A stretch of DNA of 64,000 bases from Podarcis liolepis (Eukaryota). The DNA is taken from NCBI GenBank assembly GCA_965112155.1, contig OZ218114.1. The stretch is one strand, 5' to 3'. Under the pieces are notes generated by a model that was given only the letters and a program-made list of their open reading frames with translations, did not search any database and had not been told where the DNA came from. Below are positions 24,311 through 36,453 of this stretch, piece by piece. The translations under genes and the position numbers were made by a program. Positions within the stretch are counted from its first letter, which is position 1; each line of letters starts with the position of its first letter.

Positions 24311-24332
24311 ACAACAGCAGCAGCAGCAGCAG
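24279..24332. repeat. Compound trinucleotide repeat (CAG)7 TAG (CAA)4 (CAG)6
   Basis: Read directly; intronic; reads as CUG/UUG in the NCAM1 pre-mRNA. Confidence 0.95.
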
Positions 24333-27300
24333 GTCTGAATTCTTCACGTTTCTCCTCCCCCTGCCCATTCCGGTCTTCATTAGAAACTATCCAAAGGAGG
24401 ATGAACCTTTATAGTTCCTTAGCATAGAGTGTTCAACGGCAGAAGTGAACGTTTCAAAAATATTTAGCAGTTTTACTCTGAGCTTCTTGAAGGGGAAATT
24501 CCTCAGGGAAAAATAACTCAGCCACCTCTCCCAGCTTTTTGCATTGTTTGGCTGATTTACAATGAATTCTCATGCTATATTTGAACACAGAAAATGCTGC
24601 CATTAGTAGCTGAACATAGGGAACTATAGATAGTGGATCGGTCTATTTCTGGTTTGTGCCTGTTTTCCATGTGTTCATTCATAAGTTTATTCTGTCTCAT
24701 TTCCACATTAATCTACTTTCCCATTTTTTTTACTAATCCAGATAATAATTCACATTTAAGGATGTATTCATATTTTAATATGTATTTTTACCATAAAACA
24801 TACATTTAGATCAGCATTTTAGCTCAATGTGCACACTTCTGAACATATTTAATCCTAAAATATGCTTTAAAAATATACTGTTGTACTTGATTTGGTCTAT
24901 CCATTTTTCTAAATAAAACATTTCTTCCCACGTGGCTCAAACAATCTATAGTATGGCTTCTTGTGTCATTTGAACCTGGACTGTGATTTGTTTGCCTTAA
25001 CCAAACATTAAACAGCAAGCCAAAAATAAACCAAGAAGTCAGATAGGAACTTGCGTGGCAGGAGAGAAGCCTGTTCACAATGAAAACATGGCTCAAGACA
25101 AACTGTAGCTTATCATGACATACAAAGCAGTCCAATGCCTCCAAACCATTCTGCTCTCTATGTACAGTATGTGTTTGGATCTGAATTCCCTACTTTTCTA
25201 CACTGTCATAACTAATGAAAAAGGTTCAACACTTTTCTTTGACCTTAAATGCAATTAACTAATAAGCACTGCTTGAATTTGGAGCTGCATAAGAACTGAG
25301 AAATGCTCTCCCTTTCTTTCTTTCTTTATTCACTTGCTGTTCACATGGGACTATTATGACGAGCGGCCAGCCCTGTGCAGCTTCTGGCCACATCCAATCC
25401 GAAGACATCATCTTTATTTCAAAACTGCTAATTATTTTTGCCATCAAGAACAAAAAAATGGTTTCGATATGTGGTCGACGACAGTTAACAAGCGAGCACA
25501 AAGGCAGCCAGGGCTTTTGTGCCTGGAGTTACGTGCAGCGTGAAAGAGTAAAAGTGCAGGATATCAAGAGAAAAAAGAATGAACAAGCTCATTTGGGTCC
25601 ACAGAATGTTTTTAGGCTACATATGCATCTCTCCCTTCCCTCACCCCCCCCCCCAATTTCTCCCAAGCAACTTCTGCTTTTGGTAGTTGCTGTAATGGCT
25701 GTTGCACACTGGAATCGCAGCACCAATACCCGGCCCATCACCTAAGAGCAAAAGGATGGGTACAACTTTCCTTGCATGTTTGGCAGTCAGAAAGGAACAA
25801 AAACATGCACCTCCCAAGAGGCTACAGATCCAGCAAGCTCCTGGGAAGCAATGGAATAGATTATTTAGGTCTGCAAATAAATAATCATTTCTTCGTGTGT
25901 GGTTAAGAAATCGCCTCTGGGCAACCATGCAAGGAGAAGTAGATGGAGAATTGGTTCTGTTACCTGGGGCTAGAATCAATAACACATAGCTCCACATGGT
26001 GTACCATCGACAGTGGAAGGTCACCATATACTAGAATGACTCCACCCACCCAAGCTGGTTTTTGGTTGTAGTCAACAGAAAGGGCTATAAAACCTCCCTA
26101 TTAGTGCTAGGATTTGGCCTCAGAAATAAAAGCCTTTCCTGGCTCTAGACTTGGTCCCTAGCACATACCCTTTGGCTCCTGGCTCTCTCTTGATGGCTTA
26201 GCTCAGGGAAGTTCCATTCTTATGTGAAGCCATTGCAGGTTTGCAAATTACTAAGGCAGGGATTTGTTTGTTTTTTGCTAAGCTGACATAAATATGAATC
26301 CTACCTTAACATACAACAAGGGCAATGAAATTGTATGAGGCTAGTTTCACCCTGTTCTGCTACCTCTCAACAGGCCAATATACGTATTGCACACATCACA
26401 GGAGACTGCTGAACCCAGCCCCCAACTATCTATCATGTGTTTTTTGCAATGCATCATATCATTTGGATTCTTACAATCACAATGACTCCATGTCAATGAC
26501 AGATATTCTGATCTATGCTAATTGGACATGAGGGACCCAGAGGTAAGGGCTACAGTGAGATCCATTGGCTTACTACAGTGGAATCAGGTTAGTTGTCAGC
26601 AGCCGTTTATCCTCCAAGGGATTTGTATGACATTTTGGGAACATGCCTTGGTAGAATAGCAGCCAAAGGTGTAAGCCAGGGAGTCCCCAATTCAAATTCC
26701 ACCTCATCTGTTGACTCTCTTGGTAGCTATAGCTATATTACGCTTTCCTTCGTCTTGAATCCTCCATTAGCAGTGTGGGAAAGGGAACGGGGAATCTGTC
26801 AATTTTGAATTTCATTAGTTTCCCATTTCTCCAGTTTTAAGTTCAGTTCATGACATTTCAGCATCAGTGTGCAATTCTGTTTGAAAAAAGTCTAATGACT
26901 CTGAATTTTATTGCCATTTTTTCCTACTATGTATATACCTTTCAGGATCCAATTTTACCTAATGTACACATTTTTGCAAGCAATCGTCTTTAGTATAATG
27001 CATTTTAAGGCACATTTTCTCCTAATATACAAATTTTTGGGGCAGAGGAACTGCATTGCAAAATATATGAATTTCAAAAGATAGGTGCGTTTTGGTTCAC
27101 ATACTGCCTCAAAAATGGAAAGTTAGGTAAGTCCTTATTAAAATGAAACCCAAACCATGTTCCCACTCCCGTCCCTAGTGTGGGAAATCTAATCTTGGTG
27201 AACCCTAGAGAGCTGTTGCATGGGATACTGAAATAATATAACTATTAAATATTACTATCTGCATGTGAACCAAGCTTAGAGGAACAGCGGTTCCAGTGTG

Positions 27301-27409
27301 CAACATTATACTGCCAGTTGAGAGGGAGCAGAGGAAGCTCCTAGGCCTTCTACTTCCCCTGATTTTATTGCCCTGCTGCAGGAGGACTGGACCTAAGGTG
27401 AAGCAATAC

Positions 27410-27552
27410 CTTCTCTTCATTACTGATGTTCCGTGTAGAGGTCCTCCACGTGATGGAGGGGATGGGGTCTCCAGAAGCTTCACAGGTCAGAGTGATCTGG
27501 TCTTCCAGTTCCATAGCAGTTTTGTTCTCCACATAGGTGATTTTGGGTTTTG
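27410..27552 (-). CDS. NCAM1: NCAM1 exon 7, Ig4 N-half, 143 nt
   Basis: ctttag|CA AAA CCC...GAG AAG|gtattg; AKPKITYVENKTAMELEDQITLTCEASGDPIPSITWRTSTRNISNEEK. Confidence 0.97.
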
Positions 27553-29244
27553 CTAAAGAAAGGGTACCAAAGCACACAAAAGAAGGTTTATTTGGTTGTT
27601 GGTTTATGTTGTCTGAAAACACAGGGCACCATTCTCCGAGGAGTCACAACTGAGCAAGGCTCATCAAAATAAATTCCATTCCCATTTATTTCATAGGGGA
27701 TTGCCAAGAGTCTGACCATTACTAGTTGCAGGCATAAGGGAACCAAAACCTATCAGGGCTTTGCAGCTGTATACATGAATCTTAATAATCAATTTATTAT
27801 TTTTAAGAACAATAATGCTAGATAGTAATATTAAGGCTACAATCCAAGCAAATATTGGCTGCACTCCATTAACAACCTAGAAATAAGATCAATATAAGTA
27901 TCCTTCTAAGGAGGCATACATAGGATTGTGCACAAATTCTCTCACTAAAATCCATACAATTGAAATGTAATTAACTCTGTTTCTTTATTTTTAAGGCATT
28001 TGTGTACAGCCATTCATAAACATTTATTCCAGGGTACTTAACAAAACAATACAACTCAAACACAGTCAGAAAAAAAATATACAGTGTAACATTAGCTTTT
28101 GATGGATCATATTAGAGTACACTATAATCCCATAATGAAAGTTAATTTGCATAATAATCTTGTTCATTTTGCATATTTTTGCTCCTGCACACTGCAGAAA
28201 GAGATTTTAAGGAGCAGCTGAATATTCACTAGGCATTGTTTTTACCCAGGGCATCTCAGGGGCCATAGAGTCGATTGGTTCTCACTATCTAATGACAGAG
28301 GGAAAGGTCCAACCTCGTGAGACATTTAACACCGGATGCCTCCTTCAGGAGGCTGTGGGAAGGTCTGCAGCTAGTTCCCCTCCGACATCAAGGGACCGAC
28401 ATCACACACAAGAGGAAGCACCCCAAGTGTGTGCATGTGGGTCAGGATCCTGATAGAAAGGGCACCCTGATAAGCTCCTGGAACATGAGAAAAACCATGT
28501 CAGTGCAGGAGCTTTATTACCCACAATCAAAGTCAATGGGCGGGAAACTTTCTCTCTCAAAAATGTGTATTTTAGTGGTTGTGGTTATTATGATTGGTTT
28601 TAATGTTTACTTTTGTAAGTCACTTTGGGTCATTTTTGTGAGGAAAGCAACTAGTAGCAATAATAATAATAACAATGGTAGACACCACACAAAGCCAGAA
28701 CATAAGAAGAAAATGTGTATCTCACACAGAACCATAGATAGGTGATCTTGCACCCCTAACAGAACCGCCTAGATTGCACCCCCTAGCCACAGACAAATTA
28801 GCTCTTCTTTCTGCCTCTCCTCCAACCCCCCAACCCCATTCAATTCACCCTCTATTTAAAACCATTTCTTATGAGGCAATAATCAATATTTATAGTTATG
28901 GGCATAGTTTTAAACCACTTTTGGGGCCCTCCCCATCGCCTGCACCCCTGGCAGGGGCCCACCTCACCCCCCCCCCCCCAGCCACGGCCCTGATCCCACA
29001 CACCTACCTTCTACTCTGCTGTTTAGTCCAGAAGACAAGGGTGGTTTGATTCTCTCTCCTGACCCTTTTGGATTGCTCTCTCAAGAATTAGAAACTTGTC
29101 AAATATTACATGAAATCTGGGAAGCTAAGCTGGGGACTAGCAAACTCATTTTTATCTATGTACCAGGTATAGACATATTTATTCATGTGCTGCTGTTGTT
29201 TTAGACTGTATGTGTGTGTATCTATATCTATATCTATATCTATC

Positions 29245-29704
29245 TAGTTAAAGCTATGGTTTTCCCAGTAGTGATGTATGGAAGTGAAAGCTAGACCATA
29301 AAGAAGGCTGATCGCCGAAGAATTGATGCTTTTGAATTATGGTGCTGGAGGAGACTCTTGAGAGCCCCATGGACTGCAAGAAGATCAAACGTATCCATTC
29401 TGAGGGAAATCAGCCCTGAGTGCTCACTGGAAGGACAGATCCTGAAGCTGAGGCTCCAATACTTTGGCCACCTCATGAGAAGAGAAGACTCCCTGGAAAA
29501 GACCCTGATGTTGGGAAAGACTGAGGACAGAAGGAGAAGGGGATGACAGAGGACGAGATGGTTGGACAGTGTTCTCAAAGCTACCAGCATGAGTTTGACC
29601 AAACTGCGGGAGGCAGTGGAAGACAGGAGTGCCTGGCGTGCTCTGGTCCATAGGGTCACGAAGAGTCGGACACGACTAAGCGACTAAACAACAAACAACA
29701 ACAA
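29245..29704 (+). mobile_element. RTE-BovB LINE, 5'-truncated 3' end
   Basis: VKAMVFPVVMYGSES*TIKKADRRRIDAFELWCWRRLLRAPWTARRSN...LQYFGHLMRREDSLEKTLMLGK; ends gggtcacgaagagtcggacacgactaagcgactaa plus (CAA)-type tail; inserted in a TCTA/TA microsatellite. Confidence 0.95.
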
Positions 29705-30142
29705 TCTATCATCTATCTATCTGCACACACACACAAGGAACTATTTAAACTTCTTATTTAAAAATAACTTCAAGATGCCTCATGGGAAGCAATTCAGATG
29801 AAACGAAATGAAACAAAATAAATAATTAACTTCCAAGCATTTGATGGGATGGTTACTTTTACAACTTTTTAAGTTGCGGCTCTGTCTACTGGGGTGGTGT
29901 GGTAATGATATTATGGGTGGAATTCGATATAGCACTAAGGAGATGGTTCCATTTCCATTTCTGCCTGTCTGATGGAATGATCTCCCCTTTCCTCTCCATG
30001 CTCACTGCTGTGGAAGTTCTCATGAACTCCAGAGTGGATTTGGAGGAGGCACAGGGTGCGTGCAGGGGGAAGAGGAGGTGAAGCTCCATTGAGGTAGCTG
30101 GATTCGTGCACTGACTTCCACTAGTGGAACGGGTTATTTAAA

Positions 30143-30369
30143 TCAGGCGGTGTAGTGGTTAGGAGCGATAGATTCATAATCTGGGGAACCGGGTTCGCGT
30201 CTCCGCTCCTCCACATGCGGCTGCTGGGTGACCTTGGGCTAGACGCACTTCTTTGAAGTCTCTCAGCCCCACCCACCTCACAGAGTGTTTGTTGTGGGGG
30301 AGGAAGGGAAAGGAGACTCCTTCGGGTAGTGATAAAGCTGGATATCAAATCCAAACTCCTCTTCTTCTT
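30143..30369 (+). mobile_element. tRNA-derived SINE
   Basis: A-box gtgtagtggttagg, B-box-like gggttcgcgtctcc, core gggtgaccttgggc...ctcagccccacccacctcacag, (CTT)n tail. Confidence 0.8.
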
Positions 30370-30564
30370 ATATTTTTATATCACTATCTTGTTTTAGTTT
30401 TCGTATGTATTAAATCTTTAAGATCCCTTGAGCCTTTTTTAGAAACAGGTGTTTAAGAAATTTAACTAAATCTTCCAACAGATACCTAAGACCGACTTTT
30501 GTCTGTTTATTTTTGGGTCAAAGAGGAGAAAGAATGAACTAGAAGCAATAAAAGCCCAACTTAC

Positions 30565-30734
30565 CGAAGACTTTGAGGTGTATGGTGGCATCATGCTCGC
30601 CAGCTTTATTCTCAGCAATGCAGAGATACTCTGCTTCGTCGTTCTTCTCTACCTTGCGAATAGTCAGCTCTGAGCCATCATAACTGAAGCCGTACTTTTC
30701 ATCATCCTCACCTCTTTCTATTGATTCCCCATCC
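30565..30734 (-). CDS. NCAM1: NCAM1 exon 6, Ig3 C-half, 170 nt
   Basis: cttcag|G GAT GGG...TTC G|gtaagt; DGESIERGEDDEKYGFSYDGSELTIRKVEKNDEAEYLCIAENKAGEHDATIHLKVF. Confidence 0.97.
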
Positions 30735-31018
30735 CTGAAGGATGCAAAGCACATGGACAGATGTAGTTATTTCAACTGCGGGGTTTATCAGTTGGGGCTG
30801 GCTTTCAAAAGTAAAATGAATGGAACTGAAGGAGGTTAAAGGAAAGCATCATGTTATTACTCAACCCATGCTCTTGGAGGGAGTTAATCTGGGTCAAAGC
30901 AAGACAACAACACTAAGCCTTTTGGGGCACCCCGGTGTTCCATAGCAACGGTGCCCTCTCAACTAAAACCTGCTTGCACAGTGCTAATGAACATGACCTG
31001 AGATTCTGCACATCTTAC

Positions 31019-31136
31019 TTGGTCCAACTGATGGTTGGCTCTGGAAAGCCGTCTGCATCACACACGAGTTTGACTGACTGGCTGAGATTTGCCGTGGCAT
31101 TCACAGTGCTCTGCTTGGAGCGAACAGTAGGAGGCA
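31019..31136 (-). CDS. NCAM1: NCAM1 exon 5, Ig3 N-half, 118 nt
   Basis: tttcag|TG CCT...ACC AA|gtaaga; VPPTVRSKQSTVNATANLSQSVKLVCDADGFPEPTISWTK. Confidence 0.97.
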
Positions 31137-32066
31137 CTGAAAGAAAGAGAAACAAAGAGCAAGAGATACACTTTTGATGAGCAGCAGATAGAGAGGCAGA
31201 GCAGTTAAAGAGGCCAAATGGACTCCAGAGAAGAGTCCTGTTCTTGGGTGTCCTCCACACTCTTTGCCTCTCCACTATTTGGTGTTTGATTTAGTTGCAT
31301 AATTACTAAAAAGAAGTCTTCTTGCAATATTCTAACAGAGTTTATGGGCAAGGAGGACTCTAATTGTCTCCAAAATGCCAAATTCTCAACTGATCAAAAC
31401 TCTGCAATATGACAAATAAAAACAAACACAAATGCAGAAAACATGTCCAGAAAGTGACATATCGGTGCTGTTTATTTAGCACCTACAAGCCATTTCACTG
31501 CTCAAATGCTAGAAACAAAACTTTTACCCTTCAACTTATATTCCCTGAAAAGGTTGGCTGTTAAAGGTTTTTAGTTTGAATTGTTCATGTTAGCAGTCCC
31601 AGTCCAAAGAAAAACCTTCATGTGCCATCACTTGTCATTTCTGCATGAGAATTTTGGCCATGAAATGCCTCTGAATTCCTTGGTTGTGAGAAGTATCAAC
31701 TTGGGCGAAGGTTATTGCACTTCTTCCTTCCCCCACCCCATGCCAACAAAGCCTCTCTTCTAAAGCACATGTTTAGGAGCAAGGGAGATGGCAAAGTAAC
31801 AGCACATGTTTAAAATGGACAAGGTCCCAGGTTCACTCTGTAGTTAAAAGGATCAAGCAGCAGGTGATGGGAAAGAAGCTTCTCTACATGAGACCCTGTA
31901 GGGCCATTACCTTAAGAACAAACAATATTGGATCAAATGTCTGACTCAATGGAAGACAGCTTCCAATATTGATAATATCTTTGGGAAGGACTATAGCTCA
32001 ATGGTAAATGCTTTGTATGCAAAGGTCCCACATCCAATCCCCCACCTTATTCTGTCTCAACCCCAC

Positions 32067-32068
<2 letters not shown>

Positions 32069-32105
<37 letters not shown>
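32069..32105. repeat. (CA)n microsatellite
   Basis: Read directly; other (GT)n runs at 4744-4767, 6394-6426, 36559-36580. Confidence 0.95.
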
Positions 32106-32107
<2 letters not shown>

Positions 32108-32329
32108 CAATACGGCCCCCAAAAGCCACTGCCAAGTCAATATGAAGTCAAAACCTTGGTCAGTCCAAGAACCTATTTCTTCATGGGTGACCTTCTGGAG
32201 GTTGTGTACCAATGGTGCAAGGGACCAGAGGCAAAGTGGACAGAGCAACTGATATAACTCTTGCCTTTGGGCTACATTCCAGCAGCCACACATAAGTCAG
32301 AGATTTCTACACACCCAAAGCTGGGAAGG

Positions 32330-32540
32330 AAGAGGGACGATCATAGTTCAATGAGACATTGTACCCAGGTGAAAGTGCTCGACCCTTAGAGTGTGGCCTG
32401 AGAAGAGCCCTGAGGGTCAGAAAGAGAGGCTTGGAGACTCCCACTGTGGCCCTGAGGCTCCCCTCTCCTGTTGTAGAGAATACTGGGAAGGTTGGGCGAG
32501 TAGCTTGGCGAGTATAAGGCAGGCAGCTTTCTATGTTCCT
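32330..32540 (+). mobile_element. Decayed tRNA-SINE abutting the exon 4 donor
   Basis: 5' atagttcaatg.. A-box-like; 3' end agtataaggcaggcagctttctatgttcct; related fragments near 31820-31970, 31985-32170, 43780-43900, 50630-50710. Confidence 0.55.
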
Positions 32541-32547
32541 AACTCAC

Positions 32548-32685
32548 CATTGACAATGACATGAATGTCTCTGAAATCAACCTCTCCACGAGCCAGGATC
32601 CTTCCTTCACACCGGTACATCCCCTCATCTGTTTTCTTTATTCCTCTGATCTGTAGGTAGTTGTTGGGCAGCACAACAAACCGAA
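32548..32685 (-). CDS. NCAM1: NCAM1 exon 4, Ig2 C-half, 138 nt
   Basis: ttgcag|TT CGG...AAT G|gtgagt; [46 protein letters not shown]. Confidence 0.97.
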
Positions 32686-33130
32686 CTGCAAGAGAAAAAT
32701 GGAACAGAAAGCTTGATGGTGGCCACCTAGGATTCTTTTGTACAGCTATCCCTGATATGTTCATCTTGGACAATAAGCTTAATCTGAACAGCATTTCTCT
32801 CTCTCTCCTAGTTTCCATAATCAAGCTCACCAGGGCCTGGAAGAAGTTGGGTCCAACCAAACCAGCAATAAGAGCTGATAAACACAGGAAGCCCAGTTGC
32901 TGCAGCAAGGAGGTTTAGTTGGTGACATAAAAATGTATCCTAAATCTAGTCCTGGGCTTTCAAGCTCCCCACCTCTTATGCACCTGCACTAAGCCCCACA
33001 GGGTCTGTTTGGCAGCCTCAGTGCTTCATTCTGCTTCCTGATGCCTGGTGCTCCCTTTCATATTTCACAACAACTAGGTTCTAGCCCTGCAATAAAGATG
33101 TTCAAAGTTCTTTCCTCACCACCATCTTAC

Positions 33131-33274
33131 CATCTTTTTTAAGAACAACATCTCTGCCCGTGTGCTTCCATATGACTGCGGGAGGCAGCGAGGAGACAAC
33201 ATCACACACAATGACCGCATCCTCTCCTTCTTTGAACTCTTGTGGACTGGGAGCATTCCTGAAAGTCAGCTTCT
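33131..33274 (-). CDS. NCAM1: NCAM1 exon 3, Ig2 N-half, 144 nt
   Basis: ttccag|AG AAG CTG...GAT G|gtaaga; QKLTFRNAPSPQEFKEGEDAVIVCDVVSSLPPAVIWKHTGRDVVLKKD. Confidence 0.97.
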
Positions 33275-33621
33275 CTGGAAAGCAAGCAGAGAGAGTTAAC
33301 CACGTCTGACCTCATACACCCAAGAGGCAGCGCGACACATACTAAGTACAGAAGCATAGAGTTGGACGGGTCCTTGTAAGGCCATCCGGTCCAACCCCTG
33401 CTTCGTGCAGGAAAGCCAAAGCTGGAGTATCCACCCAACAGTCTGCCTGAAGTCCCAACAGAGGCACAGTACCCCACTGCACTTATGAGCCTATGCAATC
33501 CAGAAAAACAAGGTCAGCAGCAAAAGTTAAAATGTAAAGAACAGCAAAGCGAAGGCAGAAGCTGCTGCTCATGTCACCATCTTGGCTCTTCTGAGTGTGC
33601 TGAAGCCACTAGCATTGCAAG

Positions 33622-33978
33622 CAGAGGTGTGCCTAGGGTCCCTTGTGCCCTTGGCAAGGAGCTGTTTCAGCACCCACAGCAAGGAGCAGTACTGGCACCC
33701 CCTGACTGAAAAAAAAAAATCACTGTACAGTAGTAGCCACATTTTATGTCACCCAAGTACTCAAGTGTCTGGAGTGAGAGCGAGGCGAGGAGGAAGGAAG
33801 AAAAAGTTCACATGCCTTCGTGTCGCAGTGTGAGAAGGACGGGAAGCTTCTCCTTCGCTCTCACCATGACAGCAGTGCTGTGTCTCCTCACACATATACA
33901 TCATACGCTCAATAGATTTTTGCAGGGGGCTGCACCCCTGGAGGGGGCTGGTTTCGCCAACCCCTATGTACACCTCTG
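33622..33978. mobile_element. hAT-type non-autonomous element
   Basis: TIR cagaggtgt...acacctctg; degenerate 8-bp TSD attgcaag/actacaag. Confidence 0.6.
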
Positions 33979-34566
33979 ACTACAAGAGGCTCTGACAGTG
34001 GCTCTAGGAAACTCAAGCGAGACAAGGGAAAACAAAACCACACAGGGATCATTTGCTTGTTTTGCAGGGTTCAATAGGCTCTGATCACCAGATTGCAGTG
34101 AGCCATGCTGACTCTAGGATTTTAATTAGTTCATCAGTTGGCTGAAAATATTTATATCCTCCCTTTACCCACAAAGTGACCAGTCACAAGGAAAATACAT
34201 AATGCTTAACAAAAGAACAATAAAACATGAGCCAAAAATATTTAGAACACAAAGAAACCTAAGACAAGAACAGCATCTGGGGTCCCTTTGACATAGAACC
34301 CAGTGAGGCCCACTTCTTAAACTATGAGAGATGGGACAATAAAGGTTTTAGGGTGGGGCACCATTACTGGGGTGTCCTCAGTAGAAAGCCCTGGTAGCTG
34401 AAATGACACCTAGTCTGAAGGGCTGAAACTCATCAACATTCTTCCCAAAACTGGAAGACATTGGGATATACAAATGTAAGCATACAATGTTCCTGACAGA
34501 CATTGTAAAATTGCCGTCCCACCTAGCTCTCCCACCCTTTGAAAGCAAATAGGTCAGGTATCTTAC

Positions 34567-34779
34567 GGAAAATCTTCACGTTGAGTGTGGCCTCCACATC
34601 GCCTTCCTCACTGGAGACAACACATTTGTAAATGCCAGCATCGTCTATGTTGACATTGTAGATGGTGAGAGTAGATGAATCCTCCGTCCGCACCACTGAG
34701 ATGTGCTGTTGGTTTGTCGTCAGCTTCTCACCGTTGGGGGCAAACCAGGAGATGTCTTTGGATTTGGCATCCCCAGTCA
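34567..34779 (-). CDS. NCAM1: NCAM1 exon 2, Ig1 C-half, 213 nt
   Basis: tttag|TG ACT...TTC C|gtaaga; VTGDAKSKDISWFAPNGEKL...DDAGIYKCVV...LNVKIF. Confidence 0.97.
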
Positions 34780-35844
34780 CTAAATCAAAAAGGGTAAGAT
34801 GTTCAAGGATAAAAACCATTGGATGTTCCCTCTTCCTTAGGAATCATTCAGACAACCCCCTAGAATCTGGGCAGGTGTGGGGCGGCCTCTTAGAATCACT
34901 GCTCTTGGGGCCCACCACACAGGTGATAAAGCTTTACTGAACACCAAGGAATAAAGTCATGGGGGGTGAAGATTCAAATTTGTGATGTGTTAACACCCTG
35001 CTGTTCATGGGAGCCCTTGCACTGCAGACGATAGGCACTGTGATTCTAAGGATTTGCTATGCATTCATTTGCTTTCACACACTGACCGCTTGCAGCTCAG
35101 GTCCCAGGGAAAATTAAAAAAGCATTCACAAGGCTTAAAGTGGTGGTGGGGCGAGTTAGCTTTCTCACAGCAGTTCTAGAATTCCCCAAGAAAGGGCTTG
35201 AAATATATTAAAAAGAGGGGACCAAGGATGTTTCCTAAACCCTTTGGGTCTCTGTCACCCGCAATATAGAAGGTGTCAGACTCTTTACAGTTAGTTTCAA
35301 TTTATAACCAAAGGTCTAGACACAGATTACAATACATTGGAATCCAAGCACACACAAAAAAGAAACTCTAGAATCTAGACAAGCAACAGAAACTTTCTGA
35401 ACATGTCCCACCAAAACGGAAGTCTCTGCGTACTCTCAGTACGCTTTTACACCCAGCGGCCAAAATTATGTCTCAAGACAACTTCCTGAAGATTCTCCTT
35501 CATCTGTCGCAATTGTATGCACGTTTAAAGGAAACAGTCCCTACTGTCTTCGGTGGGACTTGGATATGCATGGAATTGCTGGTTTATGTTAGAGGAAAGG
35601 GTGATTCCACCATTCTGTGGTAAATGCTTACATCATCTTTGGATCAGTAATCTTTGTGCAAAGCTGCAAGAATGAGAGCACATTCAAGATGGTCTCCAAA
35701 TTTGTTGGTGGAACAGCGTAAAGGGACCTCGTAATGGGATCTTAAGACAAGGGATTCTGCCTTTCCACAAGCAATATGCTGACTAACCAATAATGTTTCA
35801 CCCCAAGCAGCTATGAACAGCCAAAGTGGGAAGTCATTACTCAC

Positions 35845-35919
35845 CTTGACACAAGAAGAATTTGGACTCTCCAACAGGCACCTCCACTTTATTTGGAGCA
35901 ATGTTCACCTGGAGAGAGA
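35845..35919 (-). CDS. NCAM1: NCAM1 exon 1 (classical numbering), Ig1 N-half, 75 nt
   Basis: tttgcag|TC TCT CTC CAG...TGT CAA G|gtgagt; (V)SLQVNIAPNKVEVPVGESKFFLCQ; not in the ORF track. Confidence 0.95.
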
Positions 35920-36271
35920 CTGCAAAAAACAAGAAGAAGCAAATCAGAGAGAAATGCTAAGATGTGACAGCGTCTGTACTTAGCAAAATACAAATCTGTT
36001 GTAGATTACAAGAGCCTTATCAAACTAGTTGTACCTCTTTTGTCATGTAAAACTGTAGGATGTTTGGTTATGCTAAAATTGCTCCACAGTGAAGGTTAGC
36101 TATTCACGCCTATACCTGTATTTTAAGGGGTCATTAATATGGATTTACTGAGAAACTATTTTTGTCTCCAGTAGACCTATAGTTAAGAGGAAGGTTAGAA
36201 TATGTCCTGTCACAGAAATTAAGGAGCAATTGTCCTTCTGCAGGGATGCCACTACTTTGTAAAATTAGTTA

Positions 36272-36453
36272 CTGTATTTACTCGAATCTAATGCTCACCT
36301 TTTTTTGGCCAAATTACAGTGCAACAATTTAGGTGCACATTAGATTTGATGGCACATTTACATTCGACAGCAAATACTTTTTTTTTGTTTCAAGGTTCTG
36401 AAAATTGAGGTGTACATTAGATTCAATAGTGCATTAAACTCAAATAAATACGG
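36272..36453. mobile_element. Tc1/pogo-type MITE
   Basis: TA|ctgtatttactcgaatctaatgc ... gcattaaactcaaataaatacgg|TA; imperfect TIRs. Confidence 0.75.

Noticed and set aside
24158-24427. ORF with poly-Ala/poly-Thr tract
   Set aside because: Translation of the intronic CAG/CAA microsatellite.
29003-29013. ag|AAG|gt pattern resembling the NCAM 3-nt AAG exon (also near 18907)
   Set aside because: Wrong introns (AAG belongs after MSD1c) and no pyrimidine tract. No such pattern was found in 1-3890, so the real AAG exon is probably outside the window.
30143-30230. tRNA-like sequence
   Set aside because: SINE head with A/B boxes but no full cloverleaf, followed by SINE body and tail.
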